Below are positions 1 through 14,402 of a stretch of 50,781 nucleotides of DNA, one piece after another. The stretch is taken from positions 1 to 50,781 of the forward strand of contig CAXHJY010000155.1 in the NCBI GenBank assembly GCA_964016885.1, read 5' to 3'. The notes under the pieces are model-generated. The model was not told the DNA's origin, did not search any database, and saw nothing but the letters and a program-made list of their open reading frames with translations. Every line of letters starts with the position of its first letter. Position 1 is the stretch's first letter. Source of the DNA: Eledone cirrhosa. Taxonomy: Eukaryota. The position numbers and the translations under genes were made by a program.

Positions 1-62
1 CCCTGTCATTTTCAAATAATTTGTAAATAATCAATAATTTGGAGGGATTTAGTTGTATAACT

Positions 63-200
63 AGGTGTTGAATTGGCAGAGTCATAAGAATGCTGGGTAG
101 ACTGCTTTATGGGTATTCATTCCGGTTCTCTGCCGATATCAACTTTGCCTTTTGTCTTTTTGAGGTCGATAAAAAAGGTACCAGTCCAGTTTGGGGTTGA
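63..200 (+). mobile_element. Degenerate SINE fragment (family 2, 'caactttgcctt...gtcgataaa...gtaccag')
   Basis: Shares motifs with copies at 36862-36990, 33376-33575 and 10185-10300. Confidence 0.55.
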
Positions 201-675
201 TTCTTCCTTTATATTTTTTTCTCACTTCCTATCTTTCTGGAAGAATCAGGCCTGGAAAGAAATGGGCTCCACCAGGCTTAAAATGTCCAAGAAAATGCCA
301 TAAGTCAAAATGTCCAAGAAATGCCATAAAGTCAATATGGCACCTCCATCACTCCATCAGGAGTTACAGGAAAAAAGAAAAAAGAAGTTATATAACCAAT
401 TTTCTCATCATTAAGCTGGTGTTTGGAAGATAACAAAGATTCTTACATACAATTATCATGGGAAGGGTTTTAGATAATATAACTTAATCAGTTTTATATT
501 GTAGAACCAGATTTCAAGTAATTTGGTATCAAAGAGTTAAATTTTAGGTGGGTGGAATGATAATAGATGTACAAACTTAAGCTAAACAATGATTTAATAC
601 AATTGCTAATTTGTGCAGAAAGCAGTGTAAATATAATTGTAGTAAACGAAAGTGCATGGCAGGATGGAAGACCAG

Positions 676-975
676 GCTGGCAGGATATAATCAAACATTG
701 TTGGGGACTGGAATACAAGGATGGCAGAATATTGTCATGGTTGAGACTGGAATACTGGGCTTGCAAGATATAGTCAAACATCATCAACAACGGAATACCA
801 AGCTGATGAGATTTACTCAAACATTGTTGAAACCAAAATACCAGACTGGTGGGCCGTAGTGAAACATCATTGAGACTGAAATACCGGGTTGATAAGATAT
901 AGTCAAACATTATTGAAATCGGAATACAGGCTGGCAGGATATGGTCAAACATAGTTAAGATTGGAATAACGAGTT
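676..975. repeat. Degenerate ~43-bp minisatellite, ~7 units
   Basis: Recurring unit gctggcaggatatagtcaaacattgttgagactggaatac(a/c)g. Confidence 0.8.
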
Positions 976-1418
976 TGTGGGAAAAATCAAAGCATTAAGT
1001 GATCCCTCCCCTCCTCCTTTTTTTCTTCTTTTTTTTTAAAAATCTCATTTAGGGGTAAATACATACCCATTAAATTCCCTGTGGGTTGAAAGCAGGGAAG
1101 TGCTAACACTTGTAGTCCTTTCCTACTGCCTGAAAGCAGCTGTAAGTCAGGTATTGGAAGAATTAAAAAAACATGCACACACACACACACACACATGTAC
1201 ACGTGTTGTGTGTGTTCTTTGAAAGAAAGAATGAGGAAGCTTGGTGGAGGTTGAGGCAACAACTCCTGAGCTTGTCAGACTCTCAGTCTGGGTGGCGGGT
1301 TAGATTGCAATCTTCAATTCCATTATAATCCTGTTCATTCAAACTATGGTGTCATAAAAAAACCCAACAAGATTCATGTAAGAAAATATAACAATTCTTT
1401 CTCCCTCCCCATAAGTAT

Positions 1419-1500
<82 letters not shown>

Positions 1501-3087
1501 CTCTCTTATATATATATTCAGAGAGAGAGAGAGAGGAGACATGGATATAAATAAATAAATTTGTGGGCCTTTTCCTTGTTGATGTTGTTTGTAATACATA
1601 TATATATATCAGCCGATAAAACGAAGTGTGTGTGTATGTTATAAACAACATCAACAAGAAAAAAGAAAAAAAAAATCCCAGAAATTTATTTATTTGTTTA
1701 TTTACTCTCTCCCACAAGACAGCAGCACATGTCGTGATTTTAGATTTTAAGATGTTCAGTTGAGGCCTGTATCAAATGGCTGTCTAATATTCTAACAATC
1801 TAGCAGCTGTTTAGAATTGATGAAATAACACAACTATAGATGCTGTCAAGGAAATAAAATGTTCAGTCCACTGATGGTTTGTGGCCTAGGTATGTGTTTG
1901 TTTGTTATGTATGTGTGTTTGTTTGATGTGTGTGTTGTATATGTGTAGGTATGTAGGCAATGTATGTGTACGTATGTATGTGGTAAGGCATAGACGTAAT
2001 GTATGTGAGTTGTGATGTATGTATGCATGCATGTGTGTAAGTAGGTAGGTATGTATGTATTAGTTTGTGTGTTTTATCTATTTAGTATCTCTATGGGTAT
2101 ACATGTAATGTATGTGGCCTGTGTGCGTGTGATGTGTGTATGAATATTGTATGGATACATGTATGTGTGTAGGTAGATAGGTAGGGATGTGTGTGTATAT
2201 CTGTAGGTGGGTAGGTATGTATATTGTGAGTGTGTATCTATTTAGGCATTTATATGGGTATATGTGTGTGTATGTAATGTATGTATGTATGTATATATAT
2301 ATATATATGTATATATATGGATGGATGTGCATGTATGTATGCTTGAATGATTATGTATGAGTGACTGTGTGTATGTAATGTATGTATGTAACCAGTTCTA
2401 TATTGACTTACTCTCTTTCAGTTTATCTCTCTATAAAACCTGCCACTCATCGTTTCAGTGAGTTATTTCACAATTTCACTCAGTCTATCAACTTGTATTA
2501 TATTTTTTCTTCATTCTAATGCTGAGGCTTATTTACCTCCTTTACCTTCCTTACATTTCTTAGTTCAAACTCCACAATGTAGTGTGTGTGTGTGTGTGTG
2601 TGCATTTCTTTCTCTCTTTTATTTTCATTAAAAAAGAAAGAAAAAAAAAGAAAAGAGAAAATTTTTCGAGTTTTTAGCAGAATCCATACATTTTAAATAT
2701 ATAGATTGCCTGCTAAACTTGCTAACCTCCTTGTTAAATATTCAAATTGCATTCCTATATCATCACTGTTAGCATTGTCATCAACACCAACAACCCACCA
2801 TCATCATTACCATTATCACCACCAACACCTATCATCACTGCTACTACCATGATCACCACCATTATCATCACCACAAGCATCAGCATGGGTTAGGCAAAAC
2901 TTATCAAGGCACTATTCTATACCATTATTCCTGATGCCAACCTCCTCACCCCTTATATAAGTTAGTTGCTGATCTACTGTAGTACTGCAAGACTTTTTAA
3001 TGTAAGACATAAAATACATGTCACGACATCTGCTTAGTAATGATGTCAAAGGTAAAGCAAAATTTAAGAGACGAACAGTCAGTCTCT

Positions 3088-3173
<86 letters not shown>

Positions 3174-3183
3174 GTAGTCTTGC

Positions 3184-3441
3184 TTAACCCTTTTGCATTT
3201 AAACTGGCTGTATCTAGCCAGAATTCTCAAACCTCTTTCTGTTCAAACTAGCCGTTACCAGCCACTCATACTGATGTTAAGCTATTGTTCTCAAAATAAA
3301 TAATATCAAAATCTCATAGATTCAATATTATGTGAGATAAAGCTTTTTCCGTGAAAATATAATAGTAAATATAGAGTAATGTAGATTCGATATTATGAGA
3401 TAATTTAACATGATAAAGTAATGTGAATGTTAAAGGGTTGA
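3184..3441. mobile_element. piggyBac-type MITE, family 1
   Basis: TTAA-CCCTTTTGCATTTA ... TGAATGTTAAAGGG-TTGA ends; body homologous to 17962-18490, 34211-34420 and 36563-36793. Confidence 0.8.
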
Positions 3442-3808
3442 AGTTTCTGTTCACCAGATTCCCTCATAAAGCATTGGCCAGTCAGATAGAACTACAATAA
3501 AAGACATGTGCTGATGGTGCCACACAGTTGGTAGAACTTGTAACTTTGTAACCATAGCGATGCCATAAATATTTTAGTTTCATTTTCTGATTAAGCATAA
3601 TGACAAGACTTTGATTTAACAAACAAAAAAAACAAAAAAGCTTTACTTAATATAATATAAAATAAACCCAGTTATATATATTTCTATATATACTTTAACA
3701 CTTTTACTGTCAAAGCTATAAATTAAATTATCAAACACACACACAGACATGTACGCATAGATACATACATCCGTACACACACACGCGCACACACGCGCAC
3801 ACACGCAC

Positions 3809-3894
<86 letters not shown>

Positions 3895-4185
3895 GTTAAT
3901 GTGTGTTTGTATAAACTTATACACACTTCTATATGATATGCACAAAATATTTGAGTATTTTTCTCTCTGGTTTACGAAGATCAAACATCTAATTCGGTCT
4001 TATTGATGTCAGTAAATTGCATTTTCCAATGGTTTGCATTTAGTTTAGACTATTTGCTAGGTCAAAATTTCTGATGAGAAATTATATTTTATAACTTTAT
4101 TTAAATTTGTTTACAGGCAAATTCATTTTAGGCTTTGCACACATATATATGTATATGAATATTTGTATGTTTGTATTTATATATA

Positions 4186-4258
<73 letters not shown>

Positions 4259-5031
4259 GTGTGTGTATATATATATATGTGTGTGTATATATAGTGTGCG
4301 TGTATATATATGTATAATATATATTTCCAACCATTTATCTATATCTATATACACATACACATGTACATGCATGCAACACACTCGTTTAAAGTGTTTTTAA
4401 AGATACACTAAACATTTCTCTCTCTCTATTTTTGTTTTCTAATTAACCAGCTGCATACTTGTTTATCATTTTAAAACTTTTCAGTTTTAAATAATATTAC
4501 ATGCAATCACAAACACCCAAGTCATACAATTTCTCGATAATTAATTTTAAGGAAATTTCTATTATCACCACAAGGTGGTAATGTCAGCTCCACTTTCGTT
4601 TACCTATAATTAATGGCAGGTCTTATTTATATATCAGCGGCGACATCTTCATCATTGCCAGCATCATCTTCATAATCAACAGTATCATCTTCACCATCAT
4701 CATTATCACCACCACCACCACCACCATCATCATCATATCATTATCATATCATTCTCCCCTTCTCCTCCTCCACCTTCACTGCCACCACCACCCTTATCTC
4801 CCCCTCCTTCAAGCATGGTGTTGCCAGCCACATGTTGTTCTTTTGTTAATGATAACAGTTTACCAGGCAGTTACTCATTCATCAGCTGAGTGTAAATAAA
4901 ATTAAATAAGGTGAAGATTTAATTAATTCTTTTTTCTGTCTTTCATCGACTGTTGATGACTTTTGAGACATATTCTGAAGGTGTATTTGTGTTTTGTCTT
5001 GTTCTACATTAGGAAAATTCAGTATTTTAAG

Positions 5032-5034
<3 letters not shown>

Positions 5035-5122
<88 letters not shown>

Positions 5123-5130
5123 GTTGTTGT
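5035..5130. repeat. (TAT)n then (TGT)n microsatellite
   Basis: Direct reading. Confidence 0.95.
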
Positions 5131-5724
5131 TGTTCATTTTTAATTTTTCTCGTTCTTGTTTCCCCCCCCCCCCCCCCCCCCCCCCCCCGCCACGCACAAA
5201 AAAAAAACAATTTCCATTTTCACTTTCTAAATTCTAGCGTGAAATAACAACTGTTTAGTTCAGATATAAGTTTATCAAAATGAAAGATCAATTAGGTTTT
5301 CTTTATCAGTCTTCAAGAACTCAGTGGAAATCTATTAAGAGGTTGGTGTTTGTCTCATCTGCATCAAATGTTTGAGACTTTACTATTGCTGTTGCAATGT
5401 TGTAGTATATTATCTTATCTTATTCCTTTACCCCCCCCCCCCCCCACAGGAACCTCATCCATTTTTTACCACAACCGTATCTATTTGACAATCTTTAAAC
5501 ATTTCCTTGCACCTAGTTAATCTTTATATATATATATATATAGTGTGTGTGTGTGTGTGTATATGTATAGATATATGTGTAATATTAAATGTGAGAATGG
5601 GTACTCAATACTGAAATAGAGTTAAATATTTTTTGTTATGTCCAAGTGGTGAATCCTATTCTCTGGAGTTTCATCAGACAAGATTTGTCAACTTAGCCAT
5701 AATAAAGAATATATATATATATAT

Positions 5725-6069
5725 CATCATCATCATCATCATTTCATTTTACGTCCACTTTTCCCTGCTTGCAAGGGTGGGACGGGAACTGATTCTGGCT
5801 TGATTTCTACAGCTGGATGCCCTTCCTAACACCAACCTCATTTACAGTGAGTGCTGGGTACTTTTTTGCCGTGGCACCTCCACGACCACTTTGCAGTGGA
5901 ATGATAGGGATACCAGTCCCTATCATCTCATTTCTACAGCTGAGTAAACTGGAGCAATGTGAAATAAAGTGTCTTGCTCAAGGAAACAACACATCACCCA
6001 GTCTGAGAATTGAACTCACAACCTTTCGATTGCAAGGCCAATGCTCTAACCACTAAGCCATGTGCCTCC
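5725..6069 (-). mobile_element. Full-length tRNA-headed CORE-like SINE (family 1) with RTE-related tail
   Basis: Minus strand: GGAGGCACATGGCTTAGTGG (A box), GAGTTCAATTC (B box), CCTTGAGCAAGACACTT...CTCAGCTGTAGAAATGAG (resembles the MIR CORE), 3' GGACGTAAAATG and (ATG)n tail. Confidence 0.9.
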
Positions 6070-6380
6070 ATGTATATAAAAAAACAAACAAACAAGAAGT
6101 GTAAGTCAACAGGTTAAAATTAACTTTGTTCATATTTGTTGTTAGATATATTTCAGTAATAACCATTATGCAACAGCTATGACCTCTTCAGACAGCTAGA
6201 ATTTAAACAGAAAAGCATAACGATGGAATAAAGCTTCTGTTTTATTTCAATTTTTTTTTCTTTATATGCTCAGTGCTGAAGTTTGGTGTTGTTTTCTCAA
6301 AGCACTGATAACATTATGTAGATTAACTAATTTATAACCACTGTGGGAACATAAGGATGAGGATCAATTTATATTCTTTC

Positions 6381-6565
6381 ACTGTAAATGTGGTTGGTGT
6401 TAGGAAGGGCATCCAGCTGTAAAAATCCCGGACAAATTTACAGTCGCGTCAGAGTAAGGTACGGAGTGGCCAATCCTGGCCAGATTTATCTCTTGATGCG
6501 AACAACTCGTCTGACCCATGCAAGCATGGAAAAATAGACGTTAAACGGTGATGATGATGATGATC
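6381..6565 (+). mobile_element. 5'-truncated RTE-type 3' end (LINE or SINE) with (TGA)n tail
   Basis: GGTTGGTGTTAGGAAGGGCATCCAGCTGTA ... CCCATGCAAGCATGGAAAAATAGACGTTAAACGG(TGA)n; similar to 44392-44560. Confidence 0.8.
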
Positions 6566-6623
6566 AGTCTTTAAGAATTTTTAATGTGATCTATTAAGAA
6601 GTTGATGGTGTTTCTCTGTAAAT

Positions 6624-6930
6624 GTGTGGCTCAGTGGTTAGGGTGTTTGGCTCACTGTTTTAAGGTCATTAATTCGATTTTCTGACTGGGCAGCATGTTG
6701 TGCCCTTGAGTAAGACATTTTATTTTTTGTTGCGCCAATCAACCCAGCTGGCAAAAGAGAGTTATGCCTGTAATTCTAGGGATCAGCCTTGTCATACATT
6801 GTGTACTACTGAATCTACTTGAGAACTACATTAAGGGTGCACATGTTTGTAGAATGCTCAGCTACTCACGCAATAAAATTACAGGAGCAAGCAGTCCTGT
6901 TGATTGAATCAATTAAAGAGCACTTGTCAG
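6624..6930 (+). mobile_element. Older tRNA-headed CORE-like SINE with a different 3' region (family 3)
   Basis: TGGCTCAGTGGTTAG A box, CCTTGAGTAAGACATTT core; 3' part homologous to the reverse copy at 8040-8495. Confidence 0.7.
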
Positions 6931-8039
6931 AAACGTTGGAAATCCAACATTTTGAGCTCCATTTTTTTTTTTTTTAAACCACAACTTTATTATCTGCCAA
7001 TCTTTGAAAAAGAAACTTGTTTATCAACCAAACATTTGTTTCTTTCTCTTTGTTCTACCTACCTATTTACTTTTTTTGCTCTTCTTCTTGCTTTCTCCTT
7101 GCTTTCTCCTTGTTTCTTTAATTTGGGTCAGCCATAAATGTGAGTGAGGAGGGATCATCTTCCCTAAACATCTGGCTTTTTATTGCCATTACTGGTGATT
7201 TTGGGGTGACTTACCTATACTTTTTTTTTATCTTGTCTCACCACCACCACCACCATCATCATCATGATCATTGACCATCATCACAATTGATCATTATCAC
7301 CATTATCATCATCATCGATCACTATCATCATCTATTGTTTCATGATAGGGATCAATCAAAATTAGTTTCCCATGTCACACTATGTGAGATTTTTTGTTGT
7401 TTTATTTTGACATTAAGATCAGTTAACTGTTAGTGGATATAGAATGAATGTATGTATGTATGAGAGGAAGATAGAGGAGAAGGGTGAGTGTGTCTATATA
7501 TTCCTAGGCTTTATGTGAATCTAGTTTCATCTTAAGGTGTGTCATTGGTGTCTGCTATCAGTAATATATCTGTGTTCAGGAGTTCAACAATTGAAGTGGC
7601 CCTTGGTACCTTTCAGATATATTAACCTAGTTGGAGCACCCCCCCCCCCCTTCATTGTGGATGTGTTTGTGTGAGTGTATGTATGCATGTGTGGGTAGGT
7701 GGGTATTATGTATGTGTGTGGGTGGGTACCCACATATAGATCCTTAACCTTTCAGGTATGCTTGCTGTATGAATGTACTTCAAAGTGAAAATACATTCAA
7801 CCCTCAATGCAAACCAAGTCCATTTATTAAAAATTTGACAGCTATTTTAAAAGTTATTTCTAACTGTTTGCACAACTTTTTTTTTCAGTTGTTTCCATGA
7901 CAACTGACTAAATACTGTTGATATTGAAAAACAATGCTAAACAAAAAAAAAACACAAAACAAAATGCACAAAAGACAGGTGCCCTAAGTTTCAATATATT
8001 TAGTGTTGTATCACAATAATATAGATATGTATGTTGGAT

Positions 8040-8495
8040 CTCTGTTGGTTCTAATGAAGTGTGTTCCAGTTGATTCGGTCAATGGAACAACCGGCTTATG
8101 TCATTAATGTGTAAGTATTTGAGCATTCCACAGACTGACCCATGGACTGACCCCCAGGTGACATCTGTCATTTTCTCTGCTGACGCCAATAGAGATAACA
8201 ATCTACAAGTGACCACGCATGCAACAAATGAATCAACACCACAACACAACCAACTATCCACACTACTATTCGATCCGCTATATGTATACCCTTAATGTAG
8301 TTCTCAGGGAGATTCAGCATGGCTCAGGATGTGACAAAGGTCTTCTCTTTGAATTATAGGTACAAGCACATTTTTGTCAACTGAGTGGACTTGAACAATG
8401 TGAAATAAAGTGTCTTGCTCAAGGACACATGCCGCCAAGATTTAAAATCACAACCATATAATCATTAGCTGAACAACCTAACTGCTAATCCATGT
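8040..8495 (-). mobile_element. Older CORE-like SINE (family 3), apparently with an internal insertion at ~8130-8275
   Basis: GAACAATGTGAAATAAAGTGTCTTGCTCAAGGACAC core and CCCTTAATGTAGTTCTCAGGGAGATTCAG match 6624-6930 in reverse. Confidence 0.65.
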
Positions 8496-8864
8496 GATAT
8501 TGGTGTTGGAGTTTTATGTTGATGTAAGGGGTCACATGTTCTCTTAGTCAGACTATTTCCATACTGGGATACTATTTTCAAGGGTTTTAGTTAGTCACAT
8601 AACCCCTCCACCCTCACCTCAGTACTTATTTCAGTTGGTTATTTTACCAATCTCTTTATTGAAATGGCTAGGTTACTTTTGACATGAAGGGATGCAACTC
8701 AATACACCATTATACATCAGTGAATTCATTTATGTTGACAACAATTCTATTTTATAAATAGATTATAATACTATATCCGGTATATAGTGATAAAAATGAA
8801 GTATTGTCCAAGATATAGTTATCTTCTTTTATCTTTATTATTTAAACAAAAATATATAACTTTT

Positions 8865-9067
8865 AGTGCTAGTGCCATGATAAAATGCACCCAGTACACT
8901 CTGTAATGTGTATAATGTGCTTGACATTAACAAGGCCTCCAAATGTAGAAACCATGCCAAAATATGGAGCATATGAGCAAGACATAGTTCCATGATCAGC
9001 CTGGTCGCAACCCATTCCACTCTTGTCAGCATGGAAAGTAGATATAAAATGATGATGATGATGATGA
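8865..9067 (+). mobile_element. Degenerate RTE-type 3' end with (TGA)n tail
   Basis: ...GTCAGCATGGAAAGTAGATATAAAA(TGA)n; diverged versions of the shared tail motifs. Confidence 0.55.
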
Positions 9068-9337
9068 CTATAATCTATATGCTGTGCAAAATAGGAAGAA
9101 TACAGAGATCATGAGCATGGTCATTAGACAAGGTTGGCATGCAATTTGTGAAGCATTCAACATTTCTAGGCGATAGGAGGGGCATACAACCATACTAAAA
9201 AAAAATAAAAAGGTGAGGAGGGGGAAACAGATTATGCAAGCAGGTATGGTCCCCAATTCTTCAAGGAAGGAAATGAGATTTGTCTCAGTCTATGATAATC
9301 CACCCAACCCTTATACCACCATGGAAAAACGGATGTG

Positions 9338-9368
<31 letters not shown>

Positions 9369-9779
9369 ATAAATAAAAGCTGTATCATTTTCCTAGCACC
9401 GACTTTTTCCCATATTTTGATCTAAATTTACTTACTACTCACCGCCTTTAATTTAATTGTTAACTCATTCTGTCATTGAGCTTGCTGCTTTTTGTGGTTT
9501 CCACATGTCTGGGGTGGTGGCATTAGTTTTATTTATTTATTTAATTATTTATTTATTTATTTATTCTGTTAACATAATGCCTGTCATATTTAGTGAAAAA
9601 GGCTGGCCTTGATGCAACAAAGCATAGTTAGCTTTATTTTTATGCCTGAATAAGCAGGATTATACATACAGATCTGCTGTACCCTTCTCTGTGAAAAAGA
9701 AAAAAAGGGGATTAACTGCAAGAATCACAATCTGTGAAAGTAGGGTAAAGATGTGGAGTGGGTGGGACTTATGTAAATG

Positions 9780-9821
<42 letters not shown>

Positions 9822-10558
9822 GGCCCTCACAAAAACCAATTGTAGGCATCTCTGTCAGCCTGGCCATAGCAGTCTTGACACTTTTACTGCCTTTTAACAA
9901 CAACAGATGTATTATTATTATTACAATTACAAATAATAAAGAAAAGAGCTGGCAGCATACCAGAGCACTAAGCCTCAATACACTCACTCAGCTTGGCTTT
10001 GTTAATAAGTTTGTGTAGGTTCAATCCAGCATGACAGTTGATATTACACTTTGGTCTTCTGACACTAGGTCTTTTGTTGTAAAGAACTCATACAGAACTG
10101 TTACATGGGTATTGAAGAAGTTCAGTCAAATTGTTGTGAACTGTTACATTTGGTATTGAAATAACTTAGAGCTGGCCATGTATAGGTGGTGAACTAATAG
10201 TTGTTAGAGCGTATGGCAAAACGTCTTGTAGTATGTGTTTTAACTCTCTCTACTCTATGTTCAAATCCCGCTACGGTCAACTTTGCCTTTAATTTTCTGA
10301 TTAAATAGAGTGTTAGTTTAAAGTAGTGGATTGATGGAATTGTTAGAGTATCAGATGTGATATCTGAGTTCAAATCCTGCTTCCTTTCAACAGCAAAAAT
10401 GTGACATGAAAATACTGGAGCCTCAACTATTAAAACACCATAAAAATGCAACCTCATAGGAGACCAGCTAAATGTATGCAGGTGTGAGCCATAAAATAAC
10501 AATTCATCTAAATTTTATATTTATTGCTTGGAAAAGAAAATGTTGTAGGAATATTTAT

Positions 10559-10818
10559 TTAATCCTTTCATTACCATATTTCTAATGACAAACCGTGTCA
10601 AAAATTTTCAAATAATTTCGAAAATAATTAGGAATTTGTAGGGATTTAGTAAAATGACTTTTACATTAAGCTGGTGTTTGGAGCATAACATAACAAAATG
10701 TTCTTTCAGAAAATTATAATGAAAAGTTTAAATTTAAATTGGGGGGTGGGCGTAAACAAACAGCATTGTTTCATAAAACCAGGGGCAGTTTTAGGTTGGT
10801 TGGTATCAAAAGGGTCAA
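10559..10818. mobile_element. piggyBac-type MITE, family 2
   Basis: TTAA-TCCTTTCATTACCATATTTC ... GGTTGGTATCAAAAGGG-TCAA; homologous copies across the window. Confidence 0.75.
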
Positions 10819-10851
10819 CATGTCCTATAGTCATAGCAGTTCAGTGAATAT

Positions 10852-11020
10852 TAAGGGTCGACTGAAAAGTTCATAGGCTGTCCATGAAATGACCAAATGA
10901 GGTTTATTTTTCTACATAGTCCCTGGAAAGAAACAAAGGTTGAAATTGAGGCATGCAAGGTTTCACAGCGCTACCATCAATTCTTCATAGTCACCCTATG
11001 AACTTTTCATTCGACCCTTA
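10852..11020. mobile_element. Tc1/mariner-type MITE with 26-bp TIRs
   Basis: TAAGGGTCGACTGAAAAGTTCATAGG and CCTATGAACTTTTCATTCGACCCTTA are reverse complements with 1 mismatch; TA context. Confidence 0.8.
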
Positions 11021-11329
11021 TAACATTTGGTTTTGCATCCACAAGTAGAAAACCTGCCTGAAAATATATGCTCCCAACCATGCAAGCTAGATCTAATACT
11101 GATAATTATGATGATGATTCTCTCTATTTCACTAACCTTAATGACCCAAGCATAACCAGTAAATACATTTATCTCTATCTATTTCATGTTGTTCTATTTA
11201 ATAATGTAACTGATTACTTAGTAGATATACCATGAAACTTATTACTTCCACCTTATTCTATTTAACAACACTGGTGTGACTAACTACATATATCATATCA
11301 TATCTTTATTTCACTAACTTTGCTCTATC

Positions 11330-11590
11330 TAATAACACTAGTGTTATTGATTGTGTGTGTGTGTGTGTGTGTGTGTGTTATAACACTGACGTGACAGACT
11401 ATGTGTGTGTGTGTATTACACTAGTGTGACTGCTTACATTATATATATATATATATATAAAATAACACTAGTGTGACTGATTACATTACATATATATATA
11501 TATAAAATAACACTAGTGTGACTGCTTACATTATATATATATATATAAAATAACACTAGTGTGACTGATTACATCATATATATATATATC
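11330..11590. repeat. Minisatellite, unit ATAACACTAGTGTGACTG(A/C)TTACAT plus variable (TA)n/(TG)n
   Basis: About 6 units; related seeds at ~11265 and ~11865. Confidence 0.85.
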
Positions 11591-11608
11591 TTTACTATCT
11601 TGCTCTAT

Positions 11609-11823
11609 TTAGCCCTTTCATTACCATGTTTTTAATGAAAGTCACTTGCATGATTTTCAGATAGTTTTGAAAATATCGTTATCAAACTGGTTTTTGGAGT
11701 ATAACTTAATGAAGCTTTTCACATAAAATTATGATGGAAGTTTTTTTAGATGGATATTAAACACATTAAAACAAACTGTAGAACTAGGGTCAGTTACAGG
11801 CAGCTTGGTATAAAAAGGGTTGA
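11609..11823. mobile_element. piggyBac-type MITE, family 2
   Basis: TTAG-CCCTTTCATTACCATG ... TTGGTATAAAAAGGG-TTGA. Confidence 0.7.
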
Positions 11824-13848
11824 ATACTAAGTACATATACTTCATTTCACATTGCTTTATTTTATAACCCTAGTGTGACCAAGTACTAAGTATATATATC
11901 ATACATAGTAGTGTCATTTTACTACTTAGGATTTCCCTATATAATCTATGGACAGTATTGGAATTGTAATTCTCTTGTTAATGGAAAATATCATTGCAGC
12001 AGTAGTAGTAGTATCATCATCATCATCAGCTAATCACTAACTGAAATTGCTGCCGAAGTCTATGCCGATCAATACAGTCGGTAAAAAAGAAGCACACACA
12101 CATACAGGATTTCTCAGCATTGATCTTTGTTGATCTTCTTATAGCTTAAAGTGGTAATAAGTTTGCTGGACTGTCTTGTACAGATCGATTTATTGTGTTA
12201 ATGACTTTTGAAATTTTTTCTTATAAATATTTTTGTCAAATTGAGCAAAAAGAAATCCTTTCCTTAGAAGCTTCTTCAGAAGCTTCTTCAGAAGCAATGT
12301 GATCTATATAGCTATTTTATCCTGTAGCTATGTGGATTTGCTAACTCCATTTTTTTTAAATTTAATTTATGTATCATCAAAGAGTTTTCTTATCATACCA
12401 AGTTACCCCCCCCCCTTTTTTTTTGCATTTGTTGTCATTGTTTTAATTTAAAAACATAAAAAGTAAGAACAAACTCAATTTAATTAGTTTTGTTGAAGAC
12501 AAAAGACCCCCCCCCCCATCCCTTTAACCAAGAATGCTTGTGTTTGTGAGTTAGTACGACATTTCGTACACCACCCTTTGACATAAATGTCCAAAGTCAT
12601 GCTATTGGCACTTATATTATTTCTCTTGGCTTGTTATATTCACACACACGCATGCATGCACACACACTATTTGTATACACACATACTTACCTACATATGC
12701 ATACACCCATATATACATGTATACTCCTATGTACACGCACACATATTTGAACATGCAATGTTTTTTTTAAACTACTTTGTCAGACAGAGAAATTCAGTGT
12801 CCATGTCTCTTTTCATGGCCTTGAAGACTGTTCAGAGGTAGGGAGTAAGTTATTCTCAAACTGCATTGTCTAGCCCAAATGCTTACAGCAGAGTAAACTC
12901 TGCTAATAACACTCATGGACTAGGTGGCAGCAGTGTTCACTCTTAACCACCTGTAATGATTTAGCAGAAAATATCTAAAAGCAGGTTTGTTAATTCAAAT
13001 GTTTTGGGTATATTTACTAGTGGACAGATAGATATAAAGATTTTAATTTTTAATGTGATGCAGTGAAAAATGTCTTGCTTATGCAGTTTCATGTGGTTCA
13101 GGACATTAAGAGTTAAAGTAGGCAACATATCAAGTCTACCACTTAAGAACTTGGAACACACAGAGCTGAAATAAATAATGTAAGACATCTTGCTTGATGT
13201 TCTAACAATTTCACCAATCCACAACTCTGGATGGACTGACGCTATATTTTATTGACCCTGGAAGGATGTGGCCATCTGGCTGGTCTGGCTTCAGAACATC
13301 TAACCCATGCAAGCCTGAAGAGTAAATGGTGGTGGGGGTGATAATGATGATGGTGGTATATATTCTTTGCTAGAATTCCCATTAACCTTTCAAAATTCTT
13401 GCAGTAATCTTGTGAGCCTCGTCAAATTTAAGATGGCTTTATATTCTTCTACTTATATCCACATCAAGTTTCGTTATAATTTAAAATCTTTTTGCTTTAA
13501 TACCCTTTTTTATATAAAAATACCATTCATATAATATAAATGAAATTTATGAAACATATAAATAAATTCTATTTTATTTTTTAAAATTATTTTTGTAAAA
13601 TTCTTCGACACATTTCCCAGTGAAATTTGCTTCTTCATTTTTATGTTTCATTTTTCTGTCAAATTCTCTAATTTCAAATTATTTTTTACATTTGATGTAA
13701 ATTCTCACTTCAAAATCATTTCTTTTAATTTTTATTAACCATAAATCTTTATTATTATTATTTTAATCAAATTGATGAAAAATTCTATTCTTTTTTTAAA
13801 CCCAAAAGTTCGAAAGATTCACTTTACCAAATTATTCCTTTTGACTGT

Positions 13849-13879
<31 letters not shown>

Positions 13880-14189
13880 AAATTTTGTATCCGAATTATC
13901 TATAATAAAATATTATCTTTATCACTTACATGAATTTTATTATAAAAATCTAAGCAATCATAATCTGGTGAAAACAGACATACCATATGTATTCATATAT
14001 AAGTCGCACCCTCTTTGTGTTTATAATAGTTTGACTTTAGCCTTCTACTCCTACTAGTCACATATTGCTTTTAATAAATAGTTTGTATCTTAGCTTGTGC
14101 TTGTGATTAAATAAAAAGAAAATAGTTTGCCAGTACAGTCCAAGTAAAGTTCCAGAATCATAGATATCATACCAATGTGTTTTGCTAAA

Positions 14190-14402
14190 CTACACAATAG
14201 TGCTGGTGCTCTGATAAAATGTTCTGACTTTACAATCTGTAAAGTAGTTGGTGTTGGGAATGGTATCCAGCCATAGAAACCCTGCCAGATTATGGAATAT
14301 GTTAGCAATGTGGTTCTCTGACATGGCCAGTATCAGACCCCAACAACCCATCCAACCTACTATGCCTGCCATGGAAAACAATCAATAATGATGATGATGA
14401 TG
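14190..14402 (+). mobile_element. Degenerate RTE-type 3' end with (TGA)n tail
   Basis: CTGTAAAGTAGTTGGTGTTGGGAATGGTATCCAGCCATAGAAAC ... CCATGGAAAAC ... (TGA)n. Confidence 0.6.

Noticed and set aside
5655-5690. Minus-strand CUGAUGAAACUCCAGAG as a hammerhead (also CTGATGA at 4071 and ~49696, CTGAAGA at ~17592)
   Set aside because: Stem II or GAAA missing; the ~49696 hit lies within a MITE. They may be decayed remnants but are not supportable.
11330-11590. CRISPR-like repeat-spacer appearance
   Set aside because: Spacers are microsatellites, the context is eukaryotic and there are no cas genes.
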